Source of the DNA: Lama glama
Taxonomy: Eukaryota
Length of the DNA: 64,000 nt
Assembly: GCA_028534125.1 (NCBI GenBank)
Contig: CM052816.1
Span: 56,670,001 to 56,734,000, forward strand
Direction: 5' to 3'
Made by a program: the position numbers and the translations under genes. The stretch's first letter is position 1. Each line of letters starts with the position of its first letter. The notes under the pieces are model-generated. The model was not told the origin of the DNA, made no database searches, and saw nothing but the letters and a program-made list of their open reading frames with translations. Below, in pieces: positions 12,250 through 24,849 of this stretch.

Positions 12250-12885
12250 ACAGTCACAGGAGTGGGGACCGCAGACCCTGGAGGCAGACTGGGTGGGTTT
12301 GAATCCTGCCCTTTGTTGTGTTCTACACCTTGGTAGGTAAGTTACTTGGCCTCTTCTCTTGGTCTCAATTTCCTCTTCTATAAAATGGTATTTGTATTAG
12401 TCAGCTCAGGCCAGCATAACAGAACACCACAGACTGAGTGGTTTAAAGAGGAATTGACTTCTCACAGTTCAGGAGGCTGGGAAGTCCAAGAGCAAGAAGC
12501 TGGCCGCTTGCTTCCCTGGCAAGAGCTCTCTTCCTGGCTTGCCGATGGCCACCTACCCACCATGTCCTCACGTGGAACAGAGAGAGGATGCAAGCTTTCT
12601 GGTCTCTTCTACTAAGGACACTAATCCCACTATGAGGACCCCACCCTCATGACCTCCTATAAACCCGATTACTTCCTAAAGGCTCCATCTCCAAATACCA
12701 AGGCATTGGGGGGTTAGGGCCTCAACATATGAATGTGGGAGGCACACAATTCAGTTCAAGGCAGTGGTACAAATACAGGGCTTTCCTCATAGGGTTGTGG
12801 TGGAGATGAGCCTGTGTATGTGGGTGCCTGGACCAGTGGCTGCCTCGTGTGAATCAAGCTTTGTTTGTAAGTGCTAGCTGTTTTT
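12250..12885 (+). mobile_element. MIR SINE split by an MLT1A insertion
   Basis: MIR 5' half to ...tttcctcttctataaaatgg (12390). It resumes after 12763 with cctcatagggttgtggtggagat... Confidence 0.75.
12393..12763 (-). mobile_element. MLT1A/MLT1A0 solo LTR, full length
   Basis: TGtattagtc...ccacagactgagtggtttaa...ctcacagttcaggaggctgggaagtccaag...ggcactaatccc-like...ccatctccaaatacca...caacatatgaat...aattcagttcaaggCA. Confidence 0.9.
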
Positions 12886-13849
12886 TCAAAAACTGAGAAA
12901 TGTCAAATGCATCAAGACTTTCCTTGCTGGAGCTGGGTTTGTCTCTCAAAGGAAGACAGAAAATGAGCTTATTCGTGGGAATGAGGAACAGGTCTATTTT
13001 CATGCAAATATTGGTTTGGAGAGCCCCTTTGCAATCAGTTATTACTCAGGTGAAAGTCTCCAGCCTCTCCATCTTCTTCGCTTTCATACGTCTCCCTTCT
13101 CTCCTTTCCTTTGTGATCAAATGTCTAACAACCTCGGAAACATGTCCACTTAGGGGATTACTCCTCTTAAAGAGTGTTTAGCTCTTAATCCCACGGGGCA
13201 CAAGCAGGTTGAAATAGAAGACATCATAGAAAAAGAAGAATCAAGCAGGGTTAAGCTAGAGGCAAGAGGTGAAAAGGGGTGAAATGCAATCCTGAGGAAC
13301 CTCATCTTGATGAACATGCCAGTTGGAGACGGGCAATGGTTAATTTTTCAGCCTGACTCTCAGGAGCTCTGGAACTGGGCTCCAAAATAATCGTTTTTAT
13401 TTGCCTTCCAAACTTTCTTTACCTCCACGGGGCTTCAGTATATTTTCTTATAGAGACAGGTTGCTGGATTAAGTTCTGCATTCAGGAGATACGGCATTAA
13501 CGTCCTTAGTTAAGTAAACAAAAGGAGAGCTCAAAATCCTTTTGGCTGAGAGAAATGGGTCCTTCATCCTCTCTGGAATTTTTTAAGTCTCAATCCTATG
13601 GGACGGCTGAATTCACTGGCAATTGTTAACAACCTGCTATTTTGATTGTTGCCATGTTGGTCCTTTTCACTGTTGTTAGACTGTAAAGCTGACGGCCCAA
13701 ATCCTTAGATCCCTGGCTAGCCCATTTGATCTTTGGACTTTTTTCCATATTTCTCCTTTAGGAAGAATGGAGAAAGACTCTTAGAATGGAGGATAAAAGA
13801 AAAATGTGAACATACACTGTCAAGGGTGAGGGAGATGCTCTCATTCATT

Positions 13850-14159
13850 TTTTTTTTTAAATAACAGCTTTATTGAGATATAATTCACATAAGATTCATT
13901 CTTTTAAAGGATACAATTTAGTGGATTTTAGTGTATTCACAGTCATGCAACCATCACGGCTAAGTTCAGAACATTTTTATCACCCCAAAAAGAAACCTTG
14001 TCCCCTTTAGCAGTTCCTCCCCACGAGCCCCTGGCAACCAGCAATCTACTTTCTGTCTCTATGGATTTGCCTATTCTGGATATCTCATTATAAATGGACT
14101 TACATAAGATGTGGCCTTTTGGTAACCTGATTCTTTCACTGAACATAATATTTTCAAGG
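13850..14159 (-). mobile_element. L1MB-type 3' end, 5'-truncated, with 11-bp TSD
   Basis: Poly-T then cagctttattgagatataattcaca...ccctggcaacca.caatctactttctgtctctatggatttgcctattctgga. TSD tctcattcatt at 13839-13849 and 14160-14170. Confidence 0.9.
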
Positions 14160-14537
14160 TCTCATTCATTCTTGATAAAGTGTAAATTAACTCAATATTT
14201 GGATAAAAATGGGTCACTATCAATCAAAATTTGAAATGCCTATACTCTGATTCAGAAATTTTATGACCAGGTTAATTAATCCCTCAGAAGCATTCCCTCA
14301 TGCATAAAGACAGTTGTGCCAAGACATTCGTTGAAGCATGGACAAAGGTTAGAAAAAAATTGAAAGGCTACCTGGCTGCATATATTACAGTCCAATTCCA
14401 CAGTGGAGTGATGTGCAGACTTTCACAGAACGTGTAGGTCCTGTGTGGAATGATCTCCAGAATCTATTGATAAGTGAACATGAGGGAACGTAGTAAGAGA
14501 GAACAATGTGAAAAGTTGACATTCGCCTGTGTTAAAA

Positions 14538-14591
14538 GTGTGCGTGTGTGCATATACGTAGTGTGTGTATATATATATATACACACACACA
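14538..14591. repeat. Compound (TG)/(TA)/(CA) microsatellite
   Basis: gtgtgcgtgtgtgcatatacgtagtgtgtgtatatatatatatacacacacaca. Confidence 0.85.
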
Positions 14592-16394
14592 GAGGAGGGG
14601 ATGGAGGAGGGAGGAGGGAGAGAAAAGACAAAGGAAAAGAAGAAAGTGGAGGAAGTGGAGATCTGTGGCAGGATGTCTAAAAGTAACTAGCGGTGGTGGT
14701 CTCCAGGGAAGGGACACGGGAAGGTGGGTCCAGGGAACAGAGTGGCAAACAGAGGGAGGCTGGCTCTTCAATGCGTACCTTTTAGTATTTTTTTTACTTT
14801 TATCTGTATTCTTCAAAATTAAAATGGAAATGATGGCAATAGAGTTTATTAACTCACTCCATGGGCTTATTAGGACCCGAGCCTCTGCCCTCAGGGTTCT
14901 GTCATCAGGCCCCAGGGAGACAGGACCAGTTTTAGTGAAGCACAAAGATCAGTGATTTGAAGCTCAATGATTTCTGTTCTTATCTTCCCAGAGGCCTGCT
15001 GTCACCTGCACGGCACCTTCACCTTCCAGTTAAGGCAGACACATGCCCTTTGATGTCAAAGACTGCCTCGGAGGGGGACTTTGGAGCCGCTCGCTGAATC
15101 CCCCAGCCTCACCCCCAACATCGACCTCCTCACTACTGCTCCTGACCTCACCGTGCCTTTTGGGAGCAGTTCACGAGGGCCGGTCCGCACTGGGTCTGCA
15201 GTGCCACCTTTCTGTTAATCTTCCCTTGGCCTTTGGTGGAAGCATTATCATTTCTGGTCCTGTCTCCTCAGCCTCTCTGGCGTCTACAGAAATACTGACC
15301 CCAAGCGGGAGAGAAGACAAAGTCCAGTTCTTGGCCTCAGCACTGCTACTCCCTGCGAAGTCAAAATCACTTTCAAGTTTAACTTCGACCAGAGCTCGTT
15401 TCCTCCCACTTGTGTTGGAATGAAAGTCAAAGATGAAGTGAAAGACAGATTGCGTAACTTTTATTTTTAAAGGGGGTGTTTAATTATGGGAGGCGTGATT
15501 AATATTTCAATACTGTTTATAATGGCCTCATTTATTTTTTTTTAGCCAATAAGAAGTGAGAAATCCTGTATCCATAGCCAAAATCTGATATAATTCCTCC
15601 CCAGCCATACAAAAGGGTCTCTGTTGCTATTGCGAATTAAAATGTCAATGCGTATCATGATTAAAATTCACCTGTATTTACCTGACACCTTTTAAGATAC
15701 CCCTCCAAGTTGCCTCGGTAACCTCTAACATCAAAGACTGGTGAGAATATGTGAAGTTCTCCTTCCTGTCTGAGTAACCCCTATTAAGAAGGGTGGCAAT
15801 TAAAAGCAAATCATAATTTTTAAACCTTAAGGGAAGCTACTGCAGTGTTGCTGGAAACAGTTATTGGAACATTAGCTAACACCTACCTACACTGCAATTA
15901 GCAACGAAAGACCAACTCCAGCGAGCTTTAAAACAAAACCTCCTCTAAAAAAAAAACCATCATGTAAGTAACAGCCCCATTCAGAGACGTATATGAAATG
16001 TCATCCTTTGTGTGAACTGTTCAGCCCTCTGCATCGCCTGAGCTCTGGAGCTGACTGCTCACATGCAGTCGCTGGGAAGATGGAGGATTTGTCCCTGTGG
16101 CAGCGTTGCTCCACACAAGAGCAAAAATGGAACAATCTGCAATACCAGAGGCAGCTTAGCCCAGAAGGATCAACCAACAGGGGCCATTTTTCAGTGCCCC
16201 TGCGTGTCTCAGCAATACATTTGACCTTGAAAGCTGCGCAGAATGAAAGGAAAGCCACTAAAGCTAGCTTCGTGGGTGTCTTACGATTAATATCCTTTTC
16301 AGAGATCCCACCCATGAAACAGCAAATCCTTCTCTCCTTTCTAGCTGCCCCTGCCCCAGAGAGCAGTGGTCTGATTTCTGGCTGCACATTTTAG

Positions 16395-16550
16395 TCACTT
16401 AGAAGGGGTTGGGGCTGGGGTGCAGAGTTGTTAAAACAGAGCCAACACCAGAGACTCGAAATGAATCAGTCTTGGTTGTGCCCTGAAATTAGTGTTTTTT
16501 GACTCCTCCCTAGGTGATTCTGAAGTTCAGCCAGGGCAGGAAACCAGTGG
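16395..16550. mobile_element. MER5A-like hAT-Charlie MITE
   Basis: gagttgttaaaacaga...ccctgaaattagtgttttt.actcctccctaggtgattctgaagttcagccagggcaggaaaccagtg. Confidence 0.65.
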
Positions 16551-16663
16551 AGCCCAGCACAAGCCTTCCTCATTTCTCACCTGGATTGTGCCAAAGGCCT
16601 CCTCAAAGCCATCAGTCTTTTGCACCTGAGTTAATCATCTTACTGTGTTACAGTAACTGATTT

Positions 16664-16785
16664 TTTTTCTTTGGAAGAGAGGTAGGTGATTAGATTTGTT
16701 TATTTTGATGGAGGCCGTGGGGGTTGAACCCAGGACCTCATGCACGCTAAGCACGCACTCAACCACTGAGCTACACCCTCCCCCC
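16664..16785 (-). mobile_element. Vic-1 camelid tRNA-derived SINE
   Basis: Minus strand gggggaggg-TGTAGCTCAGTGG (A box)...gaggtcctgGGTTCAACCCC (B box), then the AT-rich tail aaataaacaaatctaatcacct. TSD aactgattt at 16655-16663 and 16788-16796. Confidence 0.92.
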
Positions 16786-16889
16786 AAAACTGATTTCTTT
16801 GATTCATATTTTCTGAAGCACAGTGAGAAGATAAAGATGGGCATAATGAAAGAAATACCAGCTACAATCAGAAATAACATGTAACGCTT

Positions 16890-17845
16890 TGTTGTCTTTT
16901 TTCGCAGATTTTTCTGATGTATGTGTGCATAGAGTATATATTCACAAAAACGAGATCCTACTATGATCATTCTCCATAACCTTCCATTCTTCTTTAGTAA
17001 CATTTTGTGGGAAAACGTCCACGTCGGCAGACACAGAGCCACAGCCTTTTTCTTGGCCCCGTGGCACACGGCTGGCCACCACACTGCTACCCAGTCCTCT
17101 GTTTCGGGACGGGCATTTACATCGTTTTCTCCTGGCGTTTTTGGGTTGTTGTTTGTGCTGGGTTTTGCTTTGTTTTTACTATTATAAACAACATAAGAAC
17201 GAACCATTTGGAATGAAGATTTTATGAAAGAACCTATGTACTTAGGACCTATTTCTAAAAGTAGGTTTCCTGAGTCAGTGCACCTCTCACTGTCACACAC
17301 ATCACAGGTGGCTCTTCCACACCCCCTTACGCCACCAGTACTTTTAAAGTGCCTGGTTCTCTAGTTCTTCACTAACACTGGGCATGACTTTCTTAAAACA
17401 AAAAACAAACAAACAAAAAAAGCCTTTGTTCATTCGGCTAAATGAAAACTGGTATCTGCCTGTTTTCATATGTTCAGGCTGCTAGTGCATTTGAACGTCT
17501 TTTATCTCTTTTGTTGCACATTTGAACATCTCCTTGTGCCCATTTTCTAGGAGGTGATCTTCCTTTTCTTACTTATGTGTATGAGCTATTTCTATACCAA
17601 GGCTTTTAAATTCTCTCCAATTTGCCAAACATTTTTTAAGTTTTTTAAAACCCTTTTGTCCTTTTAATAGTGGTTTGTTGTTACCCGACTTTTAAATCTT
17701 TACATATTCAAATCTTTTTCTGTATGGTTTTAGCTTTTTCAGGTCATACACTGACAAAGCTTTCCCCCAAGTGAAAATTATATAAATATTTACCTATGTC
17801 TTTTTCTAGTACTTTAATGGTTTTGTTTTTGAAATAATTAAATCT
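16890..17845 (-). mobile_element. Old L1ME-type element (3'UTR and ORF2 end)
   Basis: T-rich with degenerate L1ME motifs (tttactattataaacaa, atttctaaaagtaggtttcctgagtca, tacatattcaaatc, tttacctatgtctttttctagtacttt). Confidence 0.7.
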
Positions 17846-17859
17846 TTGTGGCTGATTAA

Positions 17860-18395
17860 CTTTGAAAGCACAAATCTGATCATGCCACTCCCCTCCGTAA
17901 ATCCGTCCCCATCTCCCCATTGATTATGGGATTAAGTTCAAGTTCCTTCGTGCCTTACATTATCTGGTCACCCTTTAACTTCTGTGCCTTTTCCACATTT
18001 GTTCACAGGGTTCTTTTCCTCTAGAATCACTCTAGGATTCCCCTTCTCCCTCTATACATAGGGGGATCAGAACTGATTTGATCAGCCCAGTACCCAACAC
18101 ACTGTCTGGGGAGAAAAACAGACATTCTTAACTATTTGTTGAAAGAATGAATAAAATGTTACATTTCCTGGAAAGCCTCCTCCCATGCTCCTGGGCAGAA
18201 TCTGATGTTCTACTGTGTTCCTAAGACATGCCATTCTGATCACTGTTCCATTATATCACATTGTGTCATTACACTGTACTGTAAGTCATCAGACCCACCT
18301 CTATCAATCTATCAGGCCCAACTCGCATCTTATCCCTTGCTCCTCAGTGAGGGTAGGACATGCAGCAGGTACTCAGTACATGCTGTTGAATTCAG
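17860..18395 (+). mobile_element. L2 LINE fragments including 3' ends
   Basis: caaatctgatcatgccactcccctc..taaa...ctccccattg, tatttgttgaaagaatgaata and gcaggtactcagtacatgctgttgaat. Confidence 0.7.
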
Positions 18396-19169
18396 AGAAA
18401 GGAATTCCAATGAGACCTCCCTGGCTGGCTGTTCTGCCTTTGGTGTGCCCAGATGTGTCCTTGTATTTAGAAGAAAAGACCCTGACAGTCTCTAAAAAGA
18501 CAACTCAATTATTAGGTGACAATATACACTCCAAGATGAAAGTTATGTGGAGTCAAAACAGCATACCATGAAAATAGTGTCTCAGAATAAAGGTGAAGCA
18601 TGGTCATGATGCCTTTGGGCACCCTCTCTGGGGCACCAGGCACCCGGTCAGTGAGGACCAGAGCATCGCTGCAGCCCCAGGGCCCTTGCCGAGGTGGATC
18701 ACAAAACAAACAAAAGCTCTGCAGTGGGTGGGGAGTGGTGAGGGAGCCATCGAACTTTTCTGCAAGAACGTTGTACCTGAAGAATTAATGCATTTCAACA
18801 GATAATGAGAATTGAGTTACTCATACTGTTCCCCTTGGCTGCCTTGAAGTTAGAAGTTTAATATTGTTTTTCCCTGTCCTTCTATATGTAATTTTTTTAA
18901 AAAAGTAACAGCTTTATTAGATGCCTCCCTTTCCTTACAAGCCACCACAAATCCCTTTAGACAGTTAGCAGAGTACCCATTATAAATAATAATAAAAACC
19001 CTTTCCCTCTGCCTCAATTTCGTCTGCCCAGCATAAACCACAAAAACTGAGGCTTTAACCAAGAAATAGCATGGAAGACCTCTGAGAAAGCGATCTTGCA
19101 AGCTGGTTTCACTTGGTAGGCTGGGACAAGAATTGGGACTTTCTTTGGATGACAACCACGATCATCATC

Positions 19170-19295
19170 TGTGACATTAAACTGACCTTAGGCTCGTCAT
19201 TTTACCACCGCAAGGTTCCTTTTTCTTATCTGCAAAGCAGCAATGCGGGTGGGTCTACATGACCTCAAAGGTTCTTTCCTAACCCAGCTCTGTAT
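19170..19295 (+). mobile_element. MIR3/MIR fragment
   Basis: tgaccttaggctcgtcattt...tttcttatctgcaaa...atgacctcaaaggttctttcct. Confidence 0.55.
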
Positions 19296-20229
19296 CTAAT
19301 CATCTTTTCTAGGAAGATGGGAACAAAGAGACCACCCAGGCAGAGAAGAGAGGGCCCTCTCGCCTTCCGCCTGGCCCTGTAACCCTACCATCTGTCAGTC
19401 ACCCAGCTACAGATAAGATAGGGGAGTGAATTCCCAGCCCAGCCACACAAACACAGCAGGACTGCCCCGGGTACGTGCGTGTGCCAATCACACGGCTTCC
19501 CCCGACCAAGCAGCCAGACCGTGAGTCAGCTAAGTGTCTGCTGCCTGCATAGACAGTGTGCTGGCTGCTTTTTAACGACATTGTGCTTCCATGTATATGC
19601 CCTAGAGGCTACTGGCAATGGGGTAATTTGGGCTTCTACAAAGGAAAGCCTTTTTTCCCTTTTCAAACCATATCTTAGGTTTTAATTGTCAGGTATGGAA
19701 CATTAAAGTAGAATTGTTTTGGAGCTGGGAGCCTGTTTACCCTCATGCTTTATTCAAGGGGACTGGGGACCCAGGCTGGACCCTACCAAAGACAATTTTC
19801 TGTTCCTAAGGGACGTTGCGTACCTTCAGCCTTCACTAGTTCCTGGTTACTTCAAATCCTCCAAAGAACCAAAAGAGTGAGCTGGCAGGACTGGGCCATC
19901 TCTCCTGAATTTCCCCGAGGGAGCCCAGGGCAGGACCAAGGAGAGGTTGTTATAGGGTGGTGGAGAGTGGGGAAGATTTCTCTCCCCTCCCTACCTGGCC
20001 AACAGAAGAAGCCCAGGTGAGGGGAGAATGGAGGTGAGCATCCCAGTGACTACTCAGCTCACCTTCTAGCTTCTGGTTGAGTCATGACACATGGTGCTGG
20101 GCTCACGTCATACATTTCCAGGCTTTCGTACAGCTCCAGGGAGCAGCCGACCCTACTAGACTGTACTGGGGACAAAGGACTAGCCCGCCTGGTACTTATG
20201 CAGACATAAGACACAAACAGAGAAGCAAT

Positions 20230-20431
20230 TAGCCTCATGGTTATAGGAGTCTAGGCCCCCCCAGACTGCCTGGTTTTGTAGCCTGGTTATGTGGACTTGG
20301 GTAAATTGCTTAACCTTTCCCTGTCTCAGTTTCCTCATCAGAGAGATGTGGCTGCTGTGACAATAAAATGAGTAAATACAGAGTGTACAGAACAGTGCCT
20401 GGCACAGAATAAACCCTCTAAAAGTTAGTTA
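20230..20431 (+). mobile_element. MIR SINE
   Basis: ccagactgcctgg...cttgggtaaattgcttaacctttccctgtctcagtttcctcatc...agaacagtgcctggcacag. Confidence 0.85.
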
Positions 20432-20779
20432 GTATTTTATTGAAGTAGAGCTGATTTACAATGTTGTGGTAATTTCTGGTGTACAGCAGAATGACTCAGT
20501 TATACATGTATATATTCTTTTTTGTATTTGTTTTCATTATGGGTTATTACAATATACTAAATATAGTTCCTTGTGCTATACAGTAGGACTTTGTTGTTTG
20601 TCTATTTTATGTATGGTAATTAGTATCTGCTATCCCAAACTCCTAATTTGTCCCTCCCCTCCTTTCCCCAGTGGTAACCATAAGTTTGTTTTCTTTGTCT
20701 GTGAGTCTCTTTCTGTTTTGTGAGTAAGTTCATTGGTGTCATTCATATGTTATCTGTCTTTCTCTGCCGACTTCCTTCA
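20432..20779 (-). mobile_element. Cetartiodactyl-type L1 3' end with 13-bp TSD
   Basis: ttttattgaagtagagctgatttacaatgttgtg..atttctggtgtacagca...atatagttccttgtgctatacagtagg...ggtaaccataagtttgtt. TSD taaaagttagtta at 20419-20431 and 20780-20792. Confidence 0.92.
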
Positions 20780-20801
20780 TAAAAGTTAGTTACTTTGGAG
20801 A

Positions 20802-21301
20802 NNNNNNNNNNNNNNNNNNNNNNNNNNNNNNNNNNNNNNNNNNNNNNNNNNNNNNNNNNNNNNNNNNNNNNNNNNNNNNNNNNNNNNNNNNNNNNNNNNN
20901 NNNNNNNNNNNNNNNNNNNNNNNNNNNNNNNNNNNNNNNNNNNNNNNNNNNNNNNNNNNNNNNNNNNNNNNNNNNNNNNNNNNNNNNNNNNNNNNNNNNN
21001 NNNNNNNNNNNNNNNNNNNNNNNNNNNNNNNNNNNNNNNNNNNNNNNNNNNNNNNNNNNNNNNNNNNNNNNNNNNNNNNNNNNNNNNNNNNNNNNNNNNN
21101 NNNNNNNNNNNNNNNNNNNNNNNNNNNNNNNNNNNNNNNNNNNNNNNNNNNNNNNNNNNNNNNNNNNNNNNNNNNNNNNNNNNNNNNNNNNNNNNNNNNN
21201 NNNNNNNNNNNNNNNNNNNNNNNNNNNNNNNNNNNNNNNNNNNNNNNNNNNNNNNNNNNNNNNNNNNNNNNNNNNNNNNNNNNNNNNNNNNNNNNNNNNN
21301 N
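20802..21301. other. Assembly gap (500 N)
   Basis: Run of n. Confidence 1.
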
Positions 21302-21759
21302 GATAATTCCTTATCTTATTGGCAACTCTCTGAGTCTACAGGAGCCACTCTGTTTGGCACGGGTGACTGATCACTGGCTGGGAAAAAAATTCCCGGAGGG
21401 ACTGTCCAGGCCTGAGCTGGACATGGCTCAGAGGTACCCCGCCTTGTTTTGGGGAGACGGACACCTCGTTCTGCGTGCGGGCTAACGGCCTGGCAGGAAA
21501 CGGGGGGCCTCTCCACCACTCTGGGGCAAGAAGTGAACATTTGGAAACTAAATGGTTCCACTGGGGCTGTGCTGGGATTTAGCCTTGAGGCCTCCTTGGC
21601 CACGTCTGTGAGTTTTAGGAGATGCCAGCCCTCCCTTCTGACCCACGCCGGGGTATCAAATGTCACGCGGGGCCGAGAATCCAGCGCAGCACTCAGACAG
21701 GACTTCCCATCAGAGCGGCTTCAAGAGCAGAGGGTGCACTCCTCAGGTGAGCGTGCAGC

Positions 21760-21935
21760 TCGGGCTGTGGGGTCACACACGCCTGCTCTGCCTTCTGGCT
21801 CCGCCTCTTTTCTGTTACGTGATTTTAGCCCCCTCTTTACTGCGTCAGGCTCATCAGGCAGCTGTGAGAATGAAACACGATAATGTGTATCATCTCTTGC
21901 ACAGTGTCGAGCACAGAGAAAGCTTTGATGAGAAG
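21760..21935 (+). mobile_element. Degenerate MIR
   Basis: ctggctccgcctctt..ctgttacgtgatttt...gctgtgagaatgaaacacgataatgtgtat...gcacagtgtcgagcacagag. Confidence 0.55.
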
Positions 21936-23559
21936 CCAGTAATCACTGCCGTTCGTGTGATGGTGACATTGTGATGCCTTCCCAGTGACTCTGGGCGGGC
22001 AGCGACCTCGGTCTTTTCACAGACAGAGGGTCCGTGCTTACTGCAGGGCCTCTTCCAGTGTCTGTCCAGCCCCAAGGATGGGCCCAAAAGCCTCGTGGTC
22101 AGGAAATGTGGCCTACCCCAATCTGGAAAGCACTAAGGTCTTCCCACCCATGCTCTGAAAAGTGTTCACATCCCCGACAAACATCCCTGACACGTAGGTA
22201 ACACACATGGAACACGTAAATAAAAGCTTTTTGACTGGAACCAAGTAACGCTTGGTTAACCTCACTCTGTCGAGCGCTATCCGTGCCCCTCGCCACGTGG
22301 CGCACTCGTGCAGCCGAAGGGATGAGTGGTCCATACACGTGACTGCAGCTGGCCTGTGTCTCACGCAGCACAACTGCAGCTTTCATCTGATTTTCTCCTT
22401 TCCCTAGTTATCCAGGACAGTGTTCTCTCAGTGTTTGCAGTGACTGTTTTCTTGATTCTGGAGACATTTCAAGAGATGATGAAAGTCAGACAGCACTTTC
22501 AAGTTTCTGAGGCTCATAATCACCCCCACTATCTCCAAGGCCAATTGGATGGGGCCTCCCAGGCTCAATTCCACACATCTTCTCAGACAGCAGATTGCAT
22601 CTCTTTTTCACCTTTAAAGTCTCCCCTTCAAGTTCATTTCTGACAGCCTACAAAAGCTTCCACATGTGTGCCGCCGGGGGAGGGGGAGCCTGCCTGCCCC
22701 GAGGAGGATCTTGAGCATATGTCCTCTCCTTCCCTCATACTCACCAGACCATCCCACCTCACCGGAGAGACCCAGGCCTCACTCTTTTCCATGCAACTCA
22801 AGGGACCTAGAACCTTCTCCAGTGCCTGTCACCTTGGCCACCAGGCACCATGGCCAGTACTTGCAACGCGCTTTACAAACCACCTCACTCCATCCACTCC
22901 CAGATCTGTCCTGTATTCCTCTGACAACTGGCGACAGTGTCCTCAGCCTCACTGCAGTCCTGGGAGATGTCCTAATGGGTGAACAGGCAGCAAACGTGTT
23001 CGTTCAGTCACCTGAGGTCTTGGTGCTGCCTCCCTCATAGCAAATAAGAGTATCTTGGGTACTGCTGTGGGGGGTGGGGTCCCCCGGGAAGTGAGGATGA
23101 AAACTAGCATCTCAACAGCCCCCACCCTTTTGTCCCTCAGTTTCAACCCTCGGCCTACTGGGCCCTGACTTTTTGAAAACACATTAGGTCAATAAATTCC
23201 AGGAGATTTTTTTCCCCCTAATTTCCCATCTCCACCCATGACCAGAAATAAAATCTCTCTCTGGGACCCAGTCCCATTTTGAATGGCATGTGTTTTCTAA
23301 CACCCTCTCAGTGGAATAACATTAAAAGGCTCTCTTTCATATTCTAAGGGTCTTGAGCCTATGATTAAATCAATTCTGATCAAAGAACACGACTCATGTT
23401 ACCACCGGAATACACAATCATTACGTTTCTAAACAGAGCGATCATCAATTACCAGAAAAGCAATGCTCTTCAGCAGTTGGGACAATCATTTCCATCTTAG
23501 AAATTGGCTTTGTGCCTTCCTTTAGCTCGTACGGAGTCCCTATCCAGGCTGGACCTTAG

Positions 23560-23670
23560 AATGTTTCACAGTACCACACAGGGATTCCTGCACAAAGTTA
23601 GGATTCTGTTAGGAAGAAATAGGGGCTGGGATGGATATTGGACAGGCAAGCCACAGCATCTCCCCCTCAC
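23560..23670 (-). mobile_element. MLT1J-type LTR fragment
   Basis: ggattctgttaggaagaaataggggctgggatggatattggacaggcaa. Confidence 0.6.
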
Positions 23671-24254
23671 GGGGCACCAGAGCACTGACACTGTCCTTAA
23701 CCTTCATCACATCCCCATGGAGTGGAAGAAAATCAGGGTGGCTGCTGATTCTAGATGAAAAGATGTTACATGGAAATGATTTGCTATAAATTTCAGGGTA
23801 AGTTCATGACAAAAGGTAGACCAGGACACTGCCTTCTACTCTCCACTTCCTACGTTTCCTGAATAAGCTCTCACTAGACATACAACTTCAAGCTGCCCAC
23901 TGTCTGCCAGAACCTTCCAGCTCTTCTGCCTGAGTCGCCTCTATCTCGATTTAGAAAGGATTTGGTGCCAGTGAAAGAGCACACTTCCTCTCACTGTGTG
24001 TCTTTGCTCTGCAGTTGTTCCTTTAGAGACAGCAAAGATGGAGCTCATCTTTGATTCAATTCAATCCAAAGGATTGCAGGTAAAAAGGAAAAGCAAATGG
24101 TATAATGGAATAGCTGGTCTCAGCATTATGTGGCTTATTGGCTGAAGAGCCAGAGGACCCAGGTGTGAAGGGTCATGGGCATGGCTGGCCTCTCTGCCAC
24201 TCGTGTCAGGTGCAGAGTGATAATCTTCTGCTGTCTCTCTCCACTAAAGAATAA

Positions 24255-24625
24255 CTGAACTCTAGGAATAAGAACTCAGCTCAGCTCCTTTTAACTAAAA
24301 AAGATGTTTGATTGGCTCATCTAGCTGAAAACATCGGGAGATCAGGGAACAGGTGTGCTTTGCATCAGGTCCTGGCTGTACACTTTCTGGCTCTCTTGGC
24401 TACAGAGAGGCATGGAAACTCCATGAATGGTTTTCCTCTTTTAGCTGCTATCAGTAGAGCTATGGGAGTTCTGGACCTTGTATCTGTACATGACCACCTC
24501 CATCCTGACATTCCTGGCAAGAGTCCTGAAATTCATCTTGACTGGACCACTTTGGTCAGATGCCTTCCTCCTGAATAGATAACATTGGACAGAAAAATGG
24601 AATGTGCTTGTCTCAACTAGAAAGG
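24255..24625 (-). mobile_element. MLT1K-type LTR
   Basis: attggctcatctagctgaaaa...gagtcctgaaattcatcttgactggaccactttggtcagatgccttcctcctgaa...ggaatgtgct. Confidence 0.6.
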
Positions 24626-24849
24626 ACCCCTGGACCATTAGATTGAACCACCAGGAACTGCTCATAGTCAATGATTTTTGACTTGTAGAAACAGTCATTT
24701 CATACAGTTCAACCCAGCATGGGATGTGTGTGGAGAGGGATGAGAGCCAAATGAAAACCCTTGTGGTTAAGAAAGTGAGCAGGAAACCAACATGCCCCAT
24801 GTGTGACCCCCGCAGGGGGGTTGGCACTATTTCTTTGACCGGCTTTACT

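Larger units (their letters stand above)
13800..14820 (+). mobile_element. Old L1ME-type element (ORF2 end and 3'UTR), interrupted by the L1MB insertion
   Basis: Degenerate ORF2-end motifs (ctctcattcatt.ttgat..agtgtaaatt, tgcataaagaca..tgtgc.aagacattc) and the 3'UTR motif tggaatgatctccagaatctattgataagtgaa. Confidence 0.65.

Noticed and set aside
16635..17300. 221-aa ORF, and a tRNA gene at 16710-16785
   Set aside because: The ORF is read-through of an old L1 and a SINE. The tRNA-like part has a SINE tail and TSD, so it is Vic-1 rather than a tRNA gene.
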